Shown: positions 13,521 through 17,740 of the stretch, piece by piece
Layout: each line of letters starts with the position of its first letter
Position numbering within the stretch: position 1 is the stretch's first letter
DNA from: a virus
Taxonomy: Duplodnaviria > Heunggongvirae > Uroviricota > Caudoviricetes
DNA length: 17,740 nucleotides
Strand: one strand, 5' to 3'
Virus record (IMG/VR): IMGVR_UViG_3300042401_002002
Translations under genes and position numbers: made by a program
Notes under the pieces: model-generated
The model's database searches: none
What the model was told of the DNA's origin: nothing
The model's input: the letters and a program-made list of their open reading frames with translations, nothing else

Positions 13521-13841
13521 ATGGAAATTTTATCAACAACTTACTTAGACCACAAAAGAAAAAGTAAGTTAAAAATTAAAGGTATTATCAATCCACTTGA
13601 AAGAAGTGTAAGAATTATTCAATCAACAGGAAATGTTATTGTAGAAGGTATTATATATTTTAAAGATGTTGATGAATGGAATAGTTTTACTTTATTAGAT
13701 GGTAGAGTAGTGGATTGTCATTTTGATAGTTATGAAAACAATACTATTTCATTCAGTGTATATGAAGTTATTGACAATGTTAGACAAGACAATAAATCTA
13801 TTCATATTCAACTTAAGTTAGAAACTATTAAATTAACGTAA
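13521..13841 (+). CDS. Hypothetical protein
   Basis: AAGATT-ATG start, 106 aa. Confidence 0.8.
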   Translation: MEILSTTYLDHKRKSKLKIKGIINPLERSVRIIQSTGNVIVEGIIYFKDVDEWNSFTLLDGRVVDCHFDSYENNTISFSVYEVIDNVRQDNKSIHIQLKLETIKLT

Positions 13842-13845
13842 GTCT

Positions 13846-14118
13846 ATGGCACGTTTAACAGTTACAAAAGTAACCTCTTTGATTTTGCATACAGAGGATT
13901 ATAATAATGCAGGTCTTAAACAATCTGATATTATGGAGCGTATTAAAAAAGAAATTGGGGGTGTGTGTATGGTTGAAGAATTTCCTATTAATTCAAATAT
14001 ACAAGTTCATTTTGATACTAATAATGAAAGTGTTATTAATATGGTATTTTATAAAATAAATATATTGCTTGAGTTTATGTTAATGGAACATAAAAAATTA
14101 AATAAATTTAAAAACTAA
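13846..14118 (+). CDS. Hypothetical protein
   Basis: ORF track, 90 aa. Confidence 0.75.
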   Translation: MARLTVTKVTSLILHTEDYNNAGLKQSDIMERIKKEIGGVCMVEEFPINSNIQVHFDTNNESVINMVFYKINILLEFMLMEHKKLNKFKN

Positions 14119-14152
14119 AAGTTATAGTTTATCTTTAAAACTGATTATAAGT

Positions 14153-14848
14153 ATGTTTCATTTCCTTAAAAATATGTTTTCTTCTTCAGAAGATAGAAAT
14201 AAATTCAACAAAAATATGTCAAACAATGTTATTACAGAACTAACAAAGTCTGGTAAATTTAAAACACCTAATGAATTTTTTATCTTAGGTGATACAATCA
14301 CAGACCCTTTAACTAACAATCTTTACAATACAGGTGTTACACAAGAAAAATCAACTGCAATGTCAGAAATTGCTAAAAATCTTTCATTAAATATAGTCGA
14401 TTTACCTTTAAGTAAAAATGTTGCAGAAAAACAAGACCGTTGTACTTTTGAATACAATGCTCAATACAAAGCTTTGAGAAACATAACAATGTTGTTCAAG
14501 AATGTTTTAAAAGAAAAACTATCCATTAACCAACATAAGACAGTTGAACTTTGTATCAAAGCAGTAAGAAAGGATAGTGATTTTATTAAAAATCGTTTAA
14601 CCGAAGGTACTTATGATAAAACAAAAGGTACTGATTACGATGAAGAAGTATTAACATTGTTTGCTTCATTAAAATCTTTGAGGGTTATCAGAAAAACATT
14701 GTTTTATATTCAAGAAAACAAATCTGATGAACTAAGTAAAAAAAGAATTGTTTCAAAATTAATTGATATTCTAAACAATGAAATCAATTCAAGACAAACA
14801 ATGTTGGATTCTTTGAAAAAAGATTTAAACATTGTTGTAAATAAGTAA
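14153..14848 (+). CDS. Hypothetical protein (231 aa, helical)
   Basis: ORF track; contains six AACAWTGTT sites. Confidence 0.85.
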   Translation: MFHFLKNMFSSSEDRNKFNKNMSNNVITELTKSGKFKTPNEFFILGDTITDPLTNNLYNTGVTQEKSTAMSEIAKNLSLNIVDLPLSKNVAEKQDRCTFEYNAQYKALRNITMLFKNVLKEKLSINQHKTVELCIKAVRKDSDFIKNRLTEGTYDKTKGTDYDEEVLTLFASLKSLRVIRKTLFYIQENKSDELSKKRIVSKLIDILNNEINSRQTMLDSLKKDLNIVVNK

Positions 14849-14881
14849 ATTAATTAGTAAGTTTGTTAAAAATATAATATT

Positions 14882-15109
14882 ATGAGTTTGTTTAAGTTAT
14901 TTATTCCAAAAGATAAAGGACAAGTTGTTACAGAACTTGAAAGTTGGACTGTTAAATGGGAAGTTGCAACATCACTTAGATGGGGACAATCTCAAGTTTA
15001 TCATAAAGTCTTTGTAAAAGAAAATGAAGCTAAAGAATTTAAAAAACAACTTGAAAACTCTGCATCTTTTATAAAGACTCCGATTAATACTGAGATTGTA
15101 CGTAATTAA
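14882..15109 (+). CDS. Phage hypothetical protein
   Basis: ORF track, 75 aa. Confidence 0.8.
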   Translation: MSLFKLFIPKDKGQVVTELESWTVKWEVATSLRWGQSQVYHKVFVKENEAKEFKKQLENSASFIKTPINTEIVRN

Positions 15110-15121
15110 TTTGTAAATGTT

Positions 15122-15466
15122 ATGGAAATTGTAACTAAAATAGAAGGTGTTCATTCGTTTGGTAGAAGAAACATAAACAACAATGTTTGTGAATATCAAT
15201 TACATAGTCCTAGAATGTGTGAAAATGATATTTTAATTTATTACTATCCACAAGAAAATGTAATAGGTATCTATCAAGTAACTGAAGAACTAAGTTATTT
15301 CAATAAAGATGATTTGCAACTATGTACAGGTTTAATGAATAGAATAAATCCAGGTTCATTAGCTGATTGTATAGCAAACATTGAAAGACAAAATTTTGAA
15401 TTAGCTAAAAAGTTAGTTGGAATACTTAATAAAATGTTTGAAAAATATAGTTTAGTTGCTTGTTAA
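15122..15466 (+). CDS. Hypothetical protein
   Basis: ORF track, 114 aa. Confidence 0.8.
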   Translation: MEIVTKIEGVHSFGRRNINNNVCEYQLHSPRMCENDILIYYYPQENVIGIYQVTEELSYFNKDDLQLCTGLMNRINPGSLADCIANIERQNFELAKKLVGILNKMFEKYSLVAC

Positions 15467-15467
15467 T

Positions 15468-15527
15468 ATGGAATTGTTAATAACAATTATAATAACATTC
15501 TTAATCTTCATGTTATTTGCATTTTAA
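15468..15527 (+). CDS. 19-aa hydrophobic peptide (MELLITIIITFLIFMLFAF)
   Basis: ATG 1 nt after the upstream stop; almost entirely hydrophobic. Confidence 0.45.
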   Translation: MELLITIIITFLIFMLFAF

Positions 15528-15625
15528 ACAATGTTAGAGAGAAGACAACATTGTTTGTGAACAATGTTCAGTTAAGTAAAGAAAGCTGTAAGAAGGTGTG
15601 TTAAAATAGAAAATTAAATAAGTCA

Positions 15626-15850
15626 ATGAACAACGAAATAACAGAATTATTTAAATCAATATCAGATAATGATTTAAAATTAGTAATGCAAGAAATGAAA
15701 GATAGCGAATCAACAGGTTATATTGGTGATTTAGTTAGAGATTATGCTAGAAAGACTGTTCTAATAACAGGTAATGATGTTTCAACCGACCTTTACATGG
15801 TTCAAATAAATTTATTCAAGGAAGCTGCTTTTAGGTGGTTAAATAACTAA
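15626..15850 (+). CDS. Hypothetical protein
   Basis: ORF track, 74 aa. Confidence 0.8.
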   Translation: MNNEITELFKSISDNDLKLVMQEMKDSESTGYIGDLVRDYARKTVLITGNDVSTDLYMVQINLFKEAAFRWLNN

Positions 15851-15861
15851 AAAATAATATT

Positions 15862-16053
15862 ATGTTAACAGGAATTATAATTTATCAAATCATTGCAGGT
15901 TTAATTATGTGTGGGTTCTTTTTGGAGAATGCTGATGCAGAAACACCTATGAAAACTATTGTTACTTGGTTGTTTATCAACTTAATAGTAGGTTGTATAA
16001 CTTTACCAATGCAGATTGGTTCTATCTTAGCAAGAATAAACAATAACAAATAA
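15862..16053 (+). CDS. Small membrane protein (two hydrophobic segments)
   Basis: 63 aa with two hydrophobic stretches. Confidence 0.75.
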   Translation: MLTGIIIYQIIAGLIMCGFFLENADAETPMKTIVTWLFINLIVGCITLPMQIGSILARINNNK

Positions 16054-16057
16054 GAAT

Positions 16058-16279
16058 ATGCGATATACTATTAAGTACAAAGTTGATAATTGGTTGTTTG
16101 ATACATACTTTCAATACGAAACATTGTTAGATGCCTTTATTGATTTAAAACAATGTTCAGAAATATCTGAAAACAAGTTCTACGTGATAGACAATGTTAA
16201 AGATAAGGAGGTAAAACCGACATTGTTTTATAACATTGTTGTTGAAATAAGAATGTTTATTAATAAGTTAGTTAAGTAA
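16058..16279 (+). CDS. Hypothetical protein
   Basis: ORF track, 73 aa; three exact and two near AACAWTGTT sites. Confidence 0.7.
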   Translation: MRYTIKYKVDNWLFDTYFQYETLLDAFIDLKQCSEISENKFYVIDNVKDKEVKPTLFYNIVVEIRMFINKLVK

Positions 16280-16286
16280 TAAGAAT

Positions 16287-16757
16287 ATGCCAATCAAACT
16301 AAAAGAATATAAAATAAAACCTTATGAAGGTGATGGAATTGTAAAGAGACATGGACACTTATCTGTTGATGGGTTATTTAAACATTTTAAAGATAAATCA
16401 GTAAAACGTGTTTTAAATGGTAATATTAATCATGTTCCTATAACATTTTTACAATGGAATGTTTATTATTTAAATTACAAAAAGAACAACAATGTTTGTA
16501 AATGTGGTATTTGCGGTGCTGAAGCAACACATGTTTCTGTTGTTAGTTTTGCACATTCAACTACAAAAAAATCATTTAGGTTCTTTACTATTAAGGATAA
16601 AAAAGAAATGATTTTCAATATTGACCATATCATACCTGTATCAAAAGGTGGTTCAAATGATATTGATAATTTACAAATAACTTGTAAAGATTGTAATTCA
16701 TTAAAGTCGAATAAAATTATAATTAAAAGAGAAAGTGTTTTAAAAGCAACCATATAA
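16287..16757 (+). CDS. HNH endonuclease
   Basis: CGIC ... NIDHIIPVSKGGSNDIDNLQITCKDCNSLKSN is a canonical zinc-binding HNH motif. Confidence 0.9.
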   Translation: MPIKLKEYKIKPYEGDGIVKRHGHLSVDGLFKHFKDKSVKRVLNGNINHVPITFLQWNVYYLNYKKNNNVCKCGICGAEATHVSVVSFAHSTTKKSFRFFTIKDKKEMIFNIDHIIPVSKGGSNDIDNLQITCKDCNSLKSNKIIIKRESVLKATI

Positions 16758-16841
16758 TATAGAACTTTATGTTAGTTTTATGTAAATTTAACATATTTAT
16801 TTTATAAATCAAACTATTTATAATAAATAACTAATCGTTTA

Positions 16842-17740
16842 ATGTACGTTACTGAAAAACACATAATCAACAAATCACATCGCTTCTATGAAGAGATTGA
16901 TTCTCTGTGTTTTAAAAGTAAAAATTTGTACAATAAAGCTCTTTATACTGTAAGACAAGAATTTATTAATACTTCAAAATTAAAACAAGAAGGTTTGTTA
17001 GATAACGCTAATTATTTTAATTATAATACTATTAATAGACAATTTGTGGACAGTAAAGATGTTGATTATTACAATTTACCTTGTAAAGTTAGTAATCAAA
17101 CTCTTATGTTGGTTGATAAAAACTTTAAATCTTTCTTTGCTCTTTGTAAAAAGTATAAAAGCAACAAATATGATTTAACAGGCAGACCTAAGCTACCTAA
17201 CTACTTGCACAAAACCAAAGGTCGTTACGTAGTAACGTATGAACTTGGTGCTATATCTAAAAGAGAATTAAAGAAAGGTTTTATCAAACTAAGTGGAACT
17301 AACATTGAAGTACCTGTCATTAACAAATACAATGGTGTTTTAAAACAGGTACGTTTAGTACCCATGTCAAATAAAAAATATAAAATTGAAGTTGTTTATG
17401 ATGTAGAAGAAAAGAACATGAACTTAAACAAAGATAATATAATAAGTATTGATTACGGAGTTAACAATTTAATGACCATAACATCAAATGTAGAAGGCTT
17501 TCAGCCTCGTATAATTAAAGGTGGTCATGTTAAGTCTATTAATCAATTTTATAATAAAGTCAAAAGTGAGTTGCAGTCGCAACTACCAAACCACCCTACT
17601 AAAAAGGATAACCAAGGTAAACCTCAAATCTTACAGAACTCTAATAAGATTAACACTTTAACACATAAGCGTAACTGTAAGATTGAACATGAGTTTCATG
17701 AGTACACAAACAAAATATTGCAACTGTGTTTACAGTATAA
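16842..17740 (+). CDS. tnpB: TnpB-family RNA-guided endonuclease, 3'-truncated by window edge
   Basis: Open frame of about 299 codons: MYVTEKHII..CFKSKNLYNKALYTVRQEF, NFKSFF, RPKLPNY, QVRLVP, and RuvC-I SIDYGVNNL with the Asp intact. Confidence 0.92.
   Translation, partial: MYVTEKHIINKSHRFYEEIDSLCFKSKNLYNKALYTVRQEFINTSKLKQEGLLDNANYFNYNTINRQFVDSKDVDYYNLPCKVSNQTLMLVDKNFKSFFALCKKYKSNKYDLTGRPKLPNYLHKTKGRYVVTYELGAISKRELKKGFIKLSGTNIEVPVINKYNGVLKQVRLVPMSNKKYKIEVVYDVEEKNMNLNKDNIISIDYGVNNLMTITSNVEGFQPRIIKGGHVKSINQFYNKVKSELQSQLPNHPTKKDNQGKPQILQNSNKINTLTHKRNCKIEHEFHEYTNKILQLCLQY

Noticed and set aside
1619-16753. Minus-strand ORFs in the track (1619, 3266, 4222, 6711, 7306, 8317, 9217, 14972, 16475)
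   Set aside because: They are shadows of better-supported + strand genes or motifs, with F/L/I/S-rich antisense composition and no promoter or start context
1-17740. Stop-codon recoding (TAG or TGA) as in some large phages
   Set aside because: ORFs tile densely under the standard code, and TAG and TGA both end plausible genes; the TnpB and HNH frames need no readthrough

Overview
Very AT-rich, gene-dense window in which essentially all credible genes lie on the + strand. It holds about 55 mostly small hypothetical ORFs and no tRNA, rRNA or CRISPR. It looks like the early/accessory region of a large phage. A Bacteroidota host is inferred from Shine-Dalgarno-free AAGATTATG start contexts, two TAnnTTTG boxes and an FSSC lipobox. 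Recognisable genes: a Pol-beta-type nucleotidyltransferase split by a 389-nt insertion, a DUF1281/YubB-like protein, two paralogous 'MATR...DGY' proteins, an HNH endonuclease and a solo TnpB running off the right edge. The main interest is non-coding. (1) A bipartite promoter-like motif occurs 21 times on the + strand (417-13498) with a fixed 21-22 nt register and divides the region into 1-5 gene cassettes. (2) A 9-bp palindrome AACAWTGTT occurs 35 times by manual count, 34 of them in two patches (364-2834 and 14222-16496), including inside genes in all three frames. (3) A duplicated twin-hairpin element carries compensatory base changes. (4) A covarying 5'-leader hairpin ends 11-12 nt before four start codons. 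All counts and alignments were done by eye, and all functional interpretations are inference.
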